A stretch of DNA of 64,000 bases from Octopus vulgaris (GCA_951406725.2 OX597815.1:182342001-182406000); one strand, 5' to 3'; numbered from the stretch's first letter, positions 24,944-40,321 are shown. The notes: a model not told the origin generated them from the sequence alone. Program-made: numbers and translations.

Positions 24944-25301
24944 ACATACACTCAAACACACACGCACACACACACATACAAACACACACGGATTATAACA
25001 CGACATATAAACAAACATTAATATATTCGAACACACAAACACAATTGCAAAAAAAGCTACAAATATTTTCATACTTTGACAGATTTACTTAACATGACAT
25101 GTATCTCTAAGAAATATTTCTGGCTAAGTTCAAAACGTCAGTTGTAGTAAAAAAAAAAACAAGGTCAGTGGTCTAGATTAAAACATGAGAAAGAATACAA
25201 GTGAAGAAAAAATGCGAAGAAGTTTGATACGGAAGTGGATCGAAAAAGTAGAAAAGTAAGAAAAACAAGATCCTGGCTATAATGGAACAGCAAACTATGT
25301 A

Positions 25302-25395
<94 letters not shown>

Positions 25396-25434
25396 TAGAT
25401 AAGAAAGTTTGTTTGGTAAAGCACGTGGGTGAAT

Positions 25435-26152
25435 ATATAAGAAAATAGTAAAGTGTGAAAAAACGACAGAAGGCTTAAATGTTAAAAAATATATATATTT
25501 GTGTCAAAATGTCTGGAGAATATTGGAAAAATTTTTTTCCTTTCCTTAAAATGACATAATTTTAAAATTTTTAAAGAAATTACCGGTTTCGCGTGTAGCT
25601 TTTCAAATTTCTTGAAGCTACACGCGAAACCGGTAATTTCTTTAAAAATTTTAAAATTATGTCATTTTAAGGAAAGGAAAAAATTTTTTCCAATATTCAG
25701 GAGTGGCTGTGTGGTAAGTAGCTTGCTAACCAACCACACGGTTGCGGGTTCAGTCCCACTGCGTGGCATCTTGGGCAAGTGTCTTCTGCTATAGCCCCGG
25801 GCCGACCAATGCCTTGTGAGTGGATTTGGTAGACGGAAACTGAAAGAAGCCTGTCGTATATATGTATATATATATGTATGCGTGTGTTTGTGTGTCTGTG
25901 TTTGTCCCCCTAGCATTGCTTGACAACCGATGCTGGTGTATTTTGGTCCCCGTCACTTAGCGGTTCGGCAAAAAGAGACCGATAGAATAAGTACTAAAAG
26001 GTGGTGCTCCAGCATGGCCGCAGTCAAATGACTGAAACAAATAAAAGAGTAAAAGAGTAAAGAGTATTCTCCAGACATTTTGACACAAATATATATATTT
26101 TTTAACATTTAAGCCTTCTGTCGTTTTTTCACACTTTACTATTTTCTTATAT
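25435..26152. mobile_element. Foldback palindrome of two head-to-head pLTR 3' ends, interrupted by a SINE
   Basis: 25435-25600 is the reverse complement of 25616-25698 plus 26065-26152; each arm starts with the hammerhead 3' half GC-GAAA-CCGG-TA. Confidence 0.8.
25698..26065 (+). mobile_element. SINE family A inserted in the palindrome arm
   Basis: Family A head and tail; short tattc duplication at the junctions. Confidence 0.88.
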
Positions 26153-26944
26153 ATATATATATATAGTTGAAAGAACGATGATTATTGATTACATAAAGTA
26201 AATGTCTATAGTAATACTCAATGGTATAATTAAAGTGAAGATACACAGTGTCATCAGGAATGCAGTGCAATGATGTCGTTGACATTCCTGCACGTGAATA
26301 ATTGATGAAGATGCCAGAAAAATAAATTACTAATTTATAGCGCCATCGAAACTGGCATCTATGCATAAAGGCGTTGGAGGTAGTTTCTTCGCTAAAGTTA
26401 GAAGCAAATGCTTATATATTATATGGTTACAGAAATGATGACGGCCGCCATTCACACAAAAGCTTTTCGTAGAAGTAATATATTTGTCTGTTTGATAAAT
26501 ACACGAAACTAAAACTCATTCAGCAGGAATATAACGTTTTTTTTCTGTATTATTCCATAAGTCAAGTAATTTCGTTCATCATAGAAAATATCGTTTTTAT
26601 ATCTGTGTTTTGTTTTAAGTTTTTATTACACACTGATTTACGAAGCTTTTGGAATTGATGGCAATTTCTTGTCTACATTTGGTATCAGCGCTTATTTTCT
26701 TTGGTTACAGGTATAAACGACCGACTACATTCAAAGACCTATATATGTCTACATACATCAATACATACATGAGAACATATATGCGTGGGTGAGTGCAGGC
26801 GTATGTATGTGCATGGGTACACACACACACACACACACACGCACACACACATACAAACATATTAAGACACAAATGTAAATCTTTATGTGCTTATATGTGT
26901 TCGTGTGGCGTGTGAGCGTACAAATGTATCTCTTTATTCATATA

Positions 26945-27005
<61 letters not shown>

Positions 27006-27711
27006 TCAATATTTACAAATACATACACATATATATATATATAATCCGCCATATTTATATATGAATACTTACATAAACATTGATAGTTTGTGTCTCTGTA
27101 CAAGTATTCGTATATGTATATACTACCGGAACGCTTGCGAACATATGCGTGTGTGTGAGTGTGAGGGCAATTGTATGTATGTGTGTATTTCTGTGTGCAT
27201 GTGCGCGTTTGTATGTATGTGTTTATGTGTACTTGCAAATGCCTATTATATTATGTGCCATCGTGCAGTCGTTTTTGTTTCTCACTAACCTGGCTATGAT
27301 GACATCATTCTATTTCTGTTCTTAAGCGCTGTCCATTATTTTTGCGCGGGTAAATTCATGTGTTTTTAATACGGATTGACTGTCTGACTGCTATTAGAGA
27401 TAAATAGTTGCTGCCCTATACTCATTTCAATAGGTACTTATCTATTTTCACTTCAATTTCCTATTTTCTGTCTTCTAATCACGGTTTTTTTCTCTGAATG
27501 ATTGCGTTACCTGATTCTGGCATTGAGGTCAACAGCGATTGTAGCTTCACCGACGGTAGTGCAGATGCAAAGTTAGAGATGAAAAGCCTCTGAACTTATT
27601 CTACAGTGCATCCCTATAGAACAGTGATCCTCATCAGGGGTTCATGTGGCCCTTGTGGCTGCACGTTACATTTTCTGCTTAAAATTCATGGATAGAAATA
27701 TTTAAAAATGT

Positions 27712-28307
<596 letters not shown>

Positions 28308-28380
28308 AATTCCTAATGTTACATAATTATAATTATGTAATATCAGTATTTCTTGAATGAAATAGTAGTCAAATGGTCTA

Positions 28381-28492
28381 TACTCTTTTACTCTTTTACT
28401 TGTTTCAGTCATTTGACTGCAGTCATGCTGGAGCACCGCCTTTAGTCGAAGAAATCGACCCCAGGACTTTGTAAGCCAAGTACTTATTCTAC
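28381..28492 (-). mobile_element. SINE family A, 3' fragment (tail-to-tail with the previous copy)
   Basis: tactcttttactcttttacttgtttcagtcatttgactgc. Confidence 0.85.
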
Positions 28493-28899
28493 TGCTATAG
28501 AACATCGTTACACAATTAGGTGAGAAATGTATTGGTTTGGCAATAAAAGAAGAAATATTGCTTTGGTGACACTAACGAAGAATGCAAAGCAGGAAGTCCA
28601 TGTTTCCTCTGAACATGATCCGACATTCATTGGGAATAAATCACAATATCAGGATTTCACACCGAAACGTCAAACACGAAACAGCGACTTTCAAATAAAC
28701 TGGTGACGACAAATGCCGAAAGAACTTGAGAATAGCTATCTGCAAAAATTTTAAGCACGAACCATCGTTGTGTACGCGAACCACCAGTTATAAGGAGTAC
28801 ACCCAAGACATAGGGAAGAGCTAAGAGAAGATTTAAACTCTTATTGACCAGGACGACCATCAACGCAAAAAAGACTTTCTACAAAACCTAGGCCCACAT

Positions 28900-29020
28900 T
28901 GTCCACGAAATTCGTTATCAGTCCCATATAGTCTCGAAAATCGACCGAAGCCATCAATAGAGTGAAGCCAAAGAAAGCATTCGGACCAGGGAGAATTCTT
29001 CTGGAACTTACTCATAAAAA
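28900..29020 (+). pseudogene. Possible LINE RT N-terminal remnant
   Basis: AINRVKPKKAFGPGRILLEL resembles the A...K..KA.GPD.I..E motif. Confidence 0.4.
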
Positions 29021-29167
29021 AGCCTTATAGTTAAAAAAGAATACTTTTTATGTTTATCCTTCAAAGTTGGAGAAACCAATTAGTACACGGTGATCTGAAA
29101 AATGTTGTTCTCAACAAACGAGTTTGGAATATCCATCACAATTATGGTAGCAATTTTTGTATATATA

Positions 29168-29460
29168 GGTGCAGGCGTGGCATGTAGCAAGAAGTTTTCT
29201 CCCCAACCACATGGTCCTGGGTTCAGTCCCATTGCGTGGACACCTTAGGCAACTGTCTTCTACAATAACCTCGAGTCAACCAAAGCCATGTGAGTGGATT
29301 TGGGAGATGGAATCTGAACGAAGCCCGTCGTATATATATATATATTTGAATGTATGTGTGCGTTTATGTGTGTGTGAGTGTGTGTGTGTGTGTTTGTGTG
29401 TGTTTTTGTATGTGTGTGTGTGTGTGTGGTGTGTGTATATGTGTGCGCGCGTATGTGTGT
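29168..29460 (+). mobile_element. SINE family A, 5' half (diverged)
   Basis: ccacatggtcctgggttcagtccc...gtgagtggatttgg...gaagcccgtcg(TA)n(TG)n. Confidence 0.75.
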
Positions 29461-30032
29461 GAGCGTGTCTGCGTGCAAGCGGCCTTATAATTAAACCATA
29501 ACTGTTCAAAAAGTCTTATCTTGATAATAAAAATGTTCAACTAAAACTTCTGATTTACACTCCCGCAAGGAAGACTAGAACGAAATATAAACTCCTCTTA
29601 ACCTAGAGCATAAACAAATATATTCTAAAACTGTTTGAGAAACACAACCATAATTGTTTGTATCTGGAATACTAATCGCAATCTTATAGATAAAACCCAA
29701 ACACAGACATAGGGCGAAAATAAGCGACGTAAAAAGAAGCAATTACTTACAGTATAAATCAATCTCTACAAATTAATTACTAGTGAATAAATAAAATTTT
29801 TTAAATAAAACAACCAAATCACCAAAAAAGTTAAGAAATATACATTGATTCCAAAAGATTAATGCATAAAGAAAAATATGTTAGGTAATTCACTCTCAGT
29901 CGTAGAATATGTTACTAGAAAGCCAAACCCCGCCCGCTTAGGTTTACGTTCTGTTTTGAAAATAACCACTGTCATTCGAACCAGACTACCGGGCGAAGAA
30001 AACGTTCCAAAGCGGAAATGGTTTCATTAACC

Positions 30033-30085
<53 letters not shown>

Positions 30086-30699
30086 GAATAGGAGTAATAA
30101 AAGGAAGTCCATTGCTACAACTGGAAGAAAGTCCACCCGCCGGGTAGCTTTCTATTACTTGCATTTAATTCCCATTTTGTGGTATTTGTCTATGTTATGT
30201 CTAATTTTCCTTCGAATCTTATATTCCTTTGTTAGTATTCAGTCGCTTAGTAAATTTAGGGCATAAATACAGAGATGTACCCCACCGAATTTGTTTCTTC
30301 ATACCTTTCTCAAAAATCGTTATTCATCGATGTAAATTTCGACAAATTCATTTCTGATGGTGCACATGATGATCTTATCGGAATTTGTTGTTAATAACAC
30401 ATCGGGAGGAGACTTTCGGATAATTCCCACGCCTAAAGTTTGTTTCTTTCTAACTTTCAGAAAAATGGGTATTTTTAAATGAAATTTTCTACAAATAATT
30501 TTCAAATGACGTAGATTATGATTGTACTGGAATTTAATATGGAAAAAATGGTGGAGGACGGTTATCTAATGCATCTCGTCATTCTTTCTGCATAGTTTTG
30601 GTAATTTAATTATAGTTATGTTAGAAAAACGTACTTCTGAGACTCATATGGTCCCTTATATTTCTAGCATACTAACTTGGCCTTGTAGGTGGAAAGACA

Positions 30700-31357
30700 G
30701 ATTAAAATCTCTAAAATATTGGTTTCAAAGTTTGGGACAAGGCCGGAAAGTTCTGGGTGAATTACATCGACTCCGCCACCCCCAGCCCCAGTCAAACTGA
30801 TACTTATTTTATTGTTCCCCAAAAGAATGAAAGTCTAAGTCGACTTCGGTGGAATTTGAACTCAAAAAGTAAAGGCCGACGAAATGACACTTAGCATTTT
30901 GTCTGGCGTGTTAACGATTCTGCCAGCTCACCGTTCTATCGCAACAAAATAATCTTTTCTACTCTAGGCACGAGTCCCGAAATTTTGAGAGAGAGGGCCA
31001 GTCGATTAGATCGACCCCAGTACGCAACTGGTACTTAATTTATCGACCCCGAAAGGATGAAAGGCAAAATCGACCTCGGCGGAATTTGAACTCAGAACGT
31101 AGCGGCAGACGAAATACCTATTTCTATTTCTTTACTACCCACAAGTGGCTAAACACAGAGAGAACAAACAAGGACAGACAAACGGATTAAGTTGATTATA
31201 TCGACCCCAGTGCGTAACTGGTGCTTATTTAATCGACCCCGAAAGGATGAAAGGCAAAGTCGACCTCGGCGGAATTTGAATTCAGAACGTAAAGACAGAC
31301 GAAATACCGCTAAGCATTTCGCCCGCCGTGCTAACGTGTTTGCCAGCTCGCCGCCTT
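30700..31357 (-). mobile_element. Three tandem SINE family B copies
   Basis: Repeated gaaaggatgaaaggcaaa.tcgacctcggcggaatttgaa motif. Confidence 0.85.
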
Positions 31358-32270
31358 CCAATCGCGATAAAATATTGAAAGAAATACACATTCCTTAGTT
31401 GGTGCTCGTAGAGTATTCTCCTTTGTACAAAGATTTCTTTCAGAGAATTTCTGGAAAAAGGTGGAATAATCCTCAAACTATATTTTCAACGTAATTGTAA
31501 TTAAGAAAAATGTGAAGATGCGTTAAATATTCCCCTCCCTAATGTTTTTCACATGACATTTTAATATGAGATATTCTACGCCATCAGGAAGACAATTGCA
31601 GAAAATTTCATTAGAAATACTCATATTTCTAAAGTTATGAGGAAATAAAATTTGTAAGTGAAGTGTTACACAGTTGACGTACATCGCAATTGTTGTAAAT
31701 TAATTTAAGTTTTCTTATTTAGTTTTCTATTACTTCAACAAAAGCCTACGCATATGAAGGGATGTTAAAATCAACATAACTTGGCTCACACTAGATTAAA
31801 CTTATCATTTGTAGGAAAGGTAGCATTGCAATTACCTGGGCAACCTTTATATTTGCAACACTATAAAGAGAGGTTAAAAAATACAACCCTGCAGCAAATT
31901 GTATATGATTGTATATGATTTGTGATTGAAGCTCGTATTTCAAATATCCAATAATAGAAGATAATCCAAAACCACATTCTGATGAAAATATATTAAAACG
32001 GGAATTTATAAAAGATTTCTAGTCTACACTTTAATAATTGATCTTTTAATAAAAGTCTCATAATTCCGGCTAATTAATCACCTGTTTTCTCCGTTATAGA
32101 ATAGATGCAGAGGTATTGAAAAATTTAATATAACTCAAGTACACATTCTGTTGTTTGTCAACGGTAACTAAATTTACTACACTTTCTAATCTTGACACAA
32201 GGTACTGATCGATTCCAAGGGATTGATCGATTACATTGGAGGAAAGAACTAATCGATTACATCGACCTCA

Positions 32271-32501
32271 GGCGGTGAGCTGGCAGAAACGTTAGCACGC
32301 CGGGCGAAATGCTTAGTGGTATTTCGTCTGCCGCTACGTTCTGAGTTCAAATTCTTCCGAGGTCGACTTTGCCTTTCATCCTTTCGGGGTCGATTAAATT
32401 AGTACCAGTTACGCACTGGAGTCGATATAATCGACTTAATCCGTTTGTCTGCCCTTGTTTGTCCCCTCTGTGTTTAGCCCCTTGTGGGTAGTAAAGAAAT
32501 A
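32271..32501 (+). mobile_element. Full-length SINE family B with 17-bp TSD, nested in an older opposite-strand copy
   Basis: TSD gattacatcgacctcag at 32255-32271 and 32502-32518. Confidence 0.9.
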
Positions 32502-33699
32502 GATTACATCGACCTCAGTAATTGATTAGTACCTTATTTTACCGACCCTTGAAGGAGAAGAATTAAGCCCGGCGTCATTTTGACCCAGAACGTAAGGAGC
32601 CAAAAGAAATACTACTAAGAACCGTTTTTGACACGCGGACGTTTTTGGAAGCACTTTGGTCCGATGCGTTAACGATTACACCAGTTCAGTGCCTTAATTA
32701 CACAACTCATATTAGTAATATTCGGTATTAATTTTAAACTTATTTGCAGCTGCACATGAATACAAATTCAATTATATCTTTATACAAATCTACAAATAAA
32801 TAGCTTCATTAATATTTTTGCATTATACACTTAGAAACTTTTCGCTTTATAAGATTACTCGTAACACCTATCAATACATCACATCTCATCACGATCACTT
32901 GGTAAGGTGTAAACTGCCCAGTAAATACGTTGTATACTCACTTAATGCGTGTGCTGCCATCTGCATATAGCATACCTGAAATTATTCGCTAATCTTACTG
33001 TAAAAGAGATTTATTACAAATCTCATCTGAGGCGTCTAAATAATTAATTTTAATTACATCCGCACCTCTTCGGCCAGTTTCAAGTACCTACGCTAAATAT
33101 TATATTATACATTCTCACAGAAGCTATAATTTTAAAAGAAAATGTCATCTATGTAATTTCAACACCCACGAAGTTATTTGTTTAAGCATAACTGTATATA
33201 TGAGTGGGGGGTGTTTATGTGTGAATGTGTACGTGTATTATGTTATAAGGAATAATATAATTTACAGATATCATATATGCGTGTGCGTGTGTATGTGCGT
33301 GTGTTTATTTATATGCCACAAAATAATTTACAGGAATAACTCGCATTTACTACTCAATTATTTCAAAATGCCCAGTCGTTGTCAGAGCGCATACTCCATG
33401 TCACTAAGAAACGAAAGTCTTTCGATGATCCCACGTGGTCGAAGTACTTGACAATACATTCACAATTCGATCTTTAGCGGATCGATATGTGTTATCCGAT
33501 TCCAACAAATGCGTAAGGTTTTTCAGCGAGAGTTTGCTCGAATTTTGAAACAAATAGTGGGATAGATCGTATGATGGACTTCAATACTTAATCTTACTGT
33601 CTGCGAACACACTTGACAAAAGAATCGGGGTGTTACGAAACGCTGATAATAAAAAGAAACACAAAAAGCGATGATTGGATACACAGGTGCCCATTGTCT

Positions 33700-35176
33700 G
33701 GCTGATATGATTTTTCATACGAGCTTTACTGGTCAGACTTAGTTAATGTTCACCAGATTACTTCCAGTTCTGTGATTCAACAAGCGGTCCTACCACTGAT
33801 GAAAGAAAAAAGACCGACTGCATTGATTATTTTTCCGGCTCATAACTCTGTTATGCGCAAATTTCAAGATTTGGGCCAAAGTGCTAACGAAAGGATTAGC
33901 GCTTGTCGCCGGGATCTGATAAGAGATACTGTAGTCCCTTCTTACGTAATTCTTCTTCATGTTCTTTTTGTACTTCTTCCTCAAAAGCTTTTGTCAACAT
34001 CAGCGTTATTAGCTCTCTTTGGGTATTTACCATTGAGGGGTTTTTCTTGCCATTTATCAGGCAGAATATCTAAGGCAGCAGTTTTAGCACGGGTTTTTAT
34101 ACACTTAGCTTTTTCTGTGCTTGTTTCCAGTACGTCTAATTCTGGCATTTGTTGTTTTGGGAATTCACTTTGATATTTCTTTGCCTACTTTGTTGCTGAG
34201 TATGATTCTTTCTTGTTTTTACACTTTAAAACAAGTTTAACATCCAGTCACCAGAGTTTTTCAGGTAGGTATTGAGGCCAATTGTGGAAATTTTCATTGT
34301 TAATGCCAGTTGTAAAAGTCCACGGCCTCCTACTTTTCTTGGCAGCTAAAGTTGTTCTATACTTGCCTTAGGGTGATGCATTCTATGCATTGTCAACAAT
34401 TGTCGTATTTTTCTGTCAAGATTACCTACTTCAGTAATTGACCAGTCAATGATATTGAAACTGTAAGTCACGACTGGTATGGCTAAAGTATTGATCACTT
34501 CGATCCTGTTTCTTGCGTTCGGTTCTGTCTTGAATATTGCTCTCTCTCTGCGATAACATTCTCTTCTGATCCTTTCCCTCATCATTGAATGTTTGATTCC
34601 ATCATCTTCAAATACCCCTAGGTATTTGTAGCTCACCGCTGGTTCTAACTTATTTATGACGTTCTGCTGGTCAAGATTAACGTTGGATGTTTCTGTAATT
34701 TTTCCTTTGATAAAGGTAGCTTTTGTGCATTTATCAAGGCCAAATTCCATCCTAATGTCATTACTGAACTGCTTAACAATTGCTAGTAAGCCCTGTAGTT
34801 ATTGGTCATTTTTTGCAAAGAGCTTTATATCATCCATATAAAAGAGATGATTTATATTTTTATCAAAAATGTTTTAGCTATATTGAACATCATCGAGCAA
34901 TTTCAAGAGAAGAATTAAAATTAGACAAAAGACAAGTGGTGGTAGAGAGTCACCCTGGAAAATGCCGCATAAAATTCTTGCATCTCCAGCATTGAGAAAT
35001 TCATTGTCATTGGTCAAAATCAGTGTGGTTCTCTATTCAGACAAGAAGTTTCGCAGAGTAGGTGCTATCTTAGACATTTCCAGACATTTCTTAATCAAGC
35101 TATGTGATAAACTAGCAAAAGCTTTTTTATAGTCTACCCAGGTTGTCGACAAGTTTTTGTGTCGTTTGTAACAATC

Positions 35177-35177
<1 letters not shown>
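33700..35177 (-). pseudogene. Second decayed R4/Dong-type LINE (RT to CCHC region), abutting (TAA)n
   Basis: WVDYKKAF, FYMDDIKL, MEFGLDKCTKA, YKYLG, INTLAIPVVTYSF, DRKIRQLLTMHRMHHPKA; many disruptions. Confidence 0.85.
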
Positions 35178-35244
<67 letters not shown>

Positions 35245-36560
35245 CATTATTATTATTTCAGACAATTCTAGCGATGCCTCGTTTCATGCATGAGGAAGAG
35301 TGTCGCTTGTCCATCAATTTGCTTAAATCTGGTCACAAGGAAAATAAGCAAGAGAACGGTTGTTGTTAGCCTTAAGGTTCTTTTTTTTTTTTGTCTCTTC
35401 CTTTAAAGGTCAGCTTTTATAGTTCAACCCTAGAATCAGCAACATCCCCAAAGAGATTCTTTATCTTTCCGAACATATCTAAGATTGCATTTTCCTATGT
35501 CTCATTACCGATGTTATTTCGTCACAGATGGACAGATATGTAGCCCCTGTTTCTAGCAATTCCAGAGACTCCTTAGTGGCTATCGGAAGATTACCTAATA
35601 ACACAATTTAACCAAGAAGGCTTTAGTAAGAACGCAAGGAAATATTTAATCCTGTTTTTCTCCCTATGGACCAATATAAAACTAGAATGCAACAAGTTTT
35701 CCTTCCCTACAGTAGTGTAAAGTAGCATAGAATCGTATGATCACTACAAGTAATTCAATGTGCTCATGAATTATATAGAATTGCTATAGCCGACAACGCC
35801 TGTCAGCCAAAATCACGCAATATATTCGAGTCTATTAATATATGCGGTTATAAACTTAACGTTGAGAATTACATGTGTAAATTACAATCCTGATTGTCGG
35901 TTTCCCTATATTTTGGTAATCCTCTAGCGATATATCTTTCTGCTAGTTTAACCTATTTAAATGTTAAATAAATTGAGGACAGAATTATAAGGGAGAGTCA
36001 TTGACTGTGCTAAAATAAACTTATTTTCTTGTGAAGCTAACACCTTGTCCATTCAAGTATTGATTTATAACGGACATAAGACAACATCGTTTTAGCGATA
36101 GAACAATTAATTTATCGACCTGTGCTTGTCGGGTGCTCGTTTCATTTTATCTACTTCCAAAAGAAGTAAACGCAAATTTGTCCTCGGCGAAATGTGGAGT
36201 TCCAACATCTACCAGCACCATCCCATTCACACCCTGAGACACTTTACGGGAATATTAAATCGACTACAATACCTCAGTGTTAAAAGTGCTGACCTCAGTA
36301 GGATGAAAAGCAAATTTAGTAGATTTGCGATTTGTACTCGGAAAGTAAAGGGATGATTTGCCTGGCTATCTAACCATTCTGCTCATACATCACTGAACGT
36401 AAATAACCGCCAACAGTTAAATGCCAGAAGATATTTTATTTGTTACTCTAGCCATCTATCTATTTTCTATCCTTTGAAAAATCGCCACAGATTAGATGTG
36501 ACTACATTACGCAGGAACATGTTAAAACGATAGTTGTGTGTGTGTGTATATATATATATG

Positions 36561-36618
<58 letters not shown>

Positions 36619-36703
36619 TATATGTATATGCATATATGTATATGCATATATATATGCATATATGTATTTATAATTATATATGTATATGTATGTATATATA
36701 TAC

Positions 36704-36749
<46 letters not shown>

Positions 36750-36754
36750 TCTTC

Positions 36755-36994
36755 TTACTTTCTTTTATTTGTTTCAGTCATTTGACTGCAGCCATGCTGT
36801 AGCACCGTCTTTAGTCGAGCAAATCGACCCCTGGACTTATTTTTTGTAAGCCTAGTACTTATTCTGTCGGTCTCTCTTCCCGAACAGCTAAGTGACGGAG
36901 ACGTAAACACACCAGCTTCGGTTGTCAAGCGATGTTGGGGGGGACAAACACAGACACACAAACATACGCACATATACACATACACACACAGACA

Positions 36995-37026
<32 letters not shown>

Positions 37027-37175
37027 CGACGGGCTTTTTTCGGTTCCCGTCTACCAAGTCCACTCACAAGGCTTTGGTCAGCCCGAGGGTATAGTAGAAG
37101 ACACTTGCCCAAGGTGCCACGCAGTGGGACTGAACCCGGAACCATGTGGTTGGCAAGCAAGCACCTTACCACACA
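36755..37175 (-). mobile_element. SINE family A
   Basis: Reverse complement of the 23353-23803 type. Confidence 0.88.
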
Positions 37176-37176
37176 C

Positions 37177-37317
<141 letters not shown>

Positions 37318-38002
37318 ACATACTTCAACTTCTTATATTTTTATATTTTATCAGCCATTACAAGATGAATCAGGAAATTCAAATTCAAAGGATCGTGTTG
37401 GTTCGTTGTCACAACAGAGATTGAATACTGTGCTTTATTGAGGATTACTTTAAGTGTATGACTTGAACAGATAAAGCGTCCCTAACCATGGCTTGTCACT
37501 GGAAGTTCGCATTTATTCCCTAGCACAATTTCAGATTTGAATTAGAAATAAAACTTAAATTTCATATGAATCGCTTGCCACAGCGCTCTGGCATGCAGAA
37601 CACGAGGTTGTATAAATATGTGTGTTCTGAGATGCAACAATGAAATCAATTTATGTGTCCTTTTGTGATGGAATCGATTCCTGGGCATAGAACTATATTA
37701 TTTACAACATTCAATAATGCATTTTCATAGCTTTTCTAACAACAGCTTATGGCAGCTACACTGCTTCTGAATATCAGGGGATATGTCCTACATATACACC
37801 GCTCTTCTCCGTAATGACTACCTTTAAAGGCAACTCAGTTGTATTTATGGGGACTACAGTTTTCTTATAATTTCTATACACTAGTTTTAGTCACGGGCGG
37901 AGATGGAGAGTTTATGTTGGAGCCCGATATTTTAGCATAGGAACATAACATGAACTGAATATATCAGCAAAATACAAATACGCGAGCATGCAATGTAACA
38001 CC

Positions 38003-38234
38003 TATTTCTTTATTACCCACAAGGGGCTAAACATAGAGGGGACAAACAAAGACAGACATAGGTATTAAGTCGATTACATCGACACCAGTGCGTAACTGGT
38101 ACTTAATTTATCGACCCCGAAAGGATGACAGGCAAAGTCGACCTCGGCGGAATTTGAACGCAGAACGTAGAGGCAGACGAAATACCGCTAAGCATTTCGC
38201 CCGGCGCGCTAACGTTTATGCCAGTTAGCCGCCT
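38003..38234 (-). mobile_element. Full-length SINE family B with 16-bp TSD
   Basis: TSD catgcaatgtaacacc at 37987-38002 and 38241-38256. Confidence 0.9.
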
Positions 38235-38509
38235 TTGTTACATGCAATGTAACACCACGCGACTGGTAGAGAGTCTCTTACCAATAAGTACAAGTGGCCG
38301 GTCTGCGACTGGACTTGTTGGTTTTCTATTGACCTGAATAGAAGTAAGCACATCAACAGTTTAGTCTTCTGGACTATTATCCTTGGGCCTCAGTAATTGC
38401 CGTAACAACGACATTTACTACGTTTGTTGAAGTATTCTACATGCTTACTGAAATACTTGAAACATGTTTACGACTATTTTACCGATAATTACACTCCTCG
38501 GAAAAGACA

Positions 38510-38910
38510 GGGAGCTGGCAGCAGTATCATTACGGCGCCAAGCAAAATACTTAGCGGAATTTCGTTTGTCTTAATGTTTTTGCTTCAAATTCAACCGAAG
38601 CCCAATTAGCCTTTCATCTTTTTGGGGTCGATAAAATAAGCACCAGTTGGCCACTGGAGTCGATGTAATCGTCTTAACCCATCTCACGAGATTGCTGGCC
38701 TTGTGCCAAAATTTAAAACCATTTTTTTAGGCCATGAATTGGCGGAATCTTTAGAGTGCCATATGAGATGCATTGCAGTGTTATTTTCGGCTCTTTACAT
38801 TCTGCGTTCAAATCCGTCAGAAGTCAACTTTGCCCTTAATCACTCCGAGGTCGATAAAGTATAGTTAGAGTTAAGTGATGATGTCGGTAGCATCGACTTA
38901 CCATCTCCTC
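38510..38910 (+). mobile_element. Two degenerate SINE family B copies
   Basis: gcctttcatc...ggggtcgataaaataag.accagtt. Confidence 0.7.
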
Positions 38911-39445
38911 TAAATTAGAAGCAATTATCATTACTATATTTTGCGCCATAAATTTTATTATAATTATAGTTCACTGCTACAAACGGCCAGAGATTTCGGA
39001 GGTCTCAGTTTCACTAAAATAATCATAAACGCAAGTCAAGTAATTTTTGCTGAGGGTTTAAAATATTTCAGCCACTGAAATTGTGAAAAACTGTCGGTGC
39101 CGTGGCAATTACTCGAGTTTCAAGAAGATTATGCTGTAGATTTCACTTTTTCATATATATAATTACTGCTATAGATGGATATTATGAATAAGAGTTTTCA
39201 TATGAATAGTTTTTACGGTTATTCGAAACATCGATGACAGTCTGTATTGTCCTTCATTCAGGGAGTGGTTTCATCGACTTCTCACTATCGTCCAAAATAC
39301 GTATGTCAATGTACATCATATAATTATAGATATTATGAGTGTTACCTGTTCACTTGTTTAGTTGCACAAATATATATACGACGGATTTCTTTCGGTTTTC
39401 ACTACCAAATTCAGTCACAACACATTGGTCGCCCAGGAACTATAG

Positions 39446-39794
<349 letters not shown>

Positions 39795-40051
39795 AATACT
39801 CTATTGCTTTTACTCCTTTTCTCGTTTTATCCATATATCTTTCCATATAAATATATATATATATATATATACTAATACATACTAATACATACACCAACCC
39901 TATACATACACACGTCCAGACCTCTCATACGCACTAATACTCTCTCATACACACACACACCCTTATGTTGGAGCAGGTCATTCAACCCTATTATCTCCCC
40001 TAATTTCGCTCTCGCGTCTCATGTTTGATCTTTGACTTCTGGCCGAAATCA

Positions 40052-40261
40052 GATCGCCATGTTGATTCGTTAGTTACCGCACGCATTTTTTCTCTCCTTC
40101 TTTCTGTGTTTTTTTTTCTCTGTGTATCTTTCTGTTGAAGAGCGTAGGGTCGAAACGTTAAAGACTTGTTTTATTTATATTTCCTGAGCGCCATACTAAT
40201 ACAATTGTTTGTTTGTTTTCCACCTGCCTTCGTCTTTTGTCTATTTTCATAAAGCTTCCCG

Positions 40262-40263
<2 letters not shown>
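40052..40263 (+). mobile_element. Family F hammerhead element, second copy
   Basis: Matches 741-954; ends in (TA)n. Confidence 0.7.
40127..40164 (+). ncRNA. Minimal type I hammerhead variant
   Basis: TCTTT-CTGTTGA-A-GAGC(gtag)GGTC-GAAA-CG-TT-AAAGA. Confidence 0.6.
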
Positions 40264-40300
<37 letters not shown>

Positions 40301-40321
40301 CATACATACATACATACATAA

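Noticed and set aside
30304-30432. Possible minus-strand exon with AAG|GTATGA donor
   Set aside because: Weak acceptor and stops in all three frames
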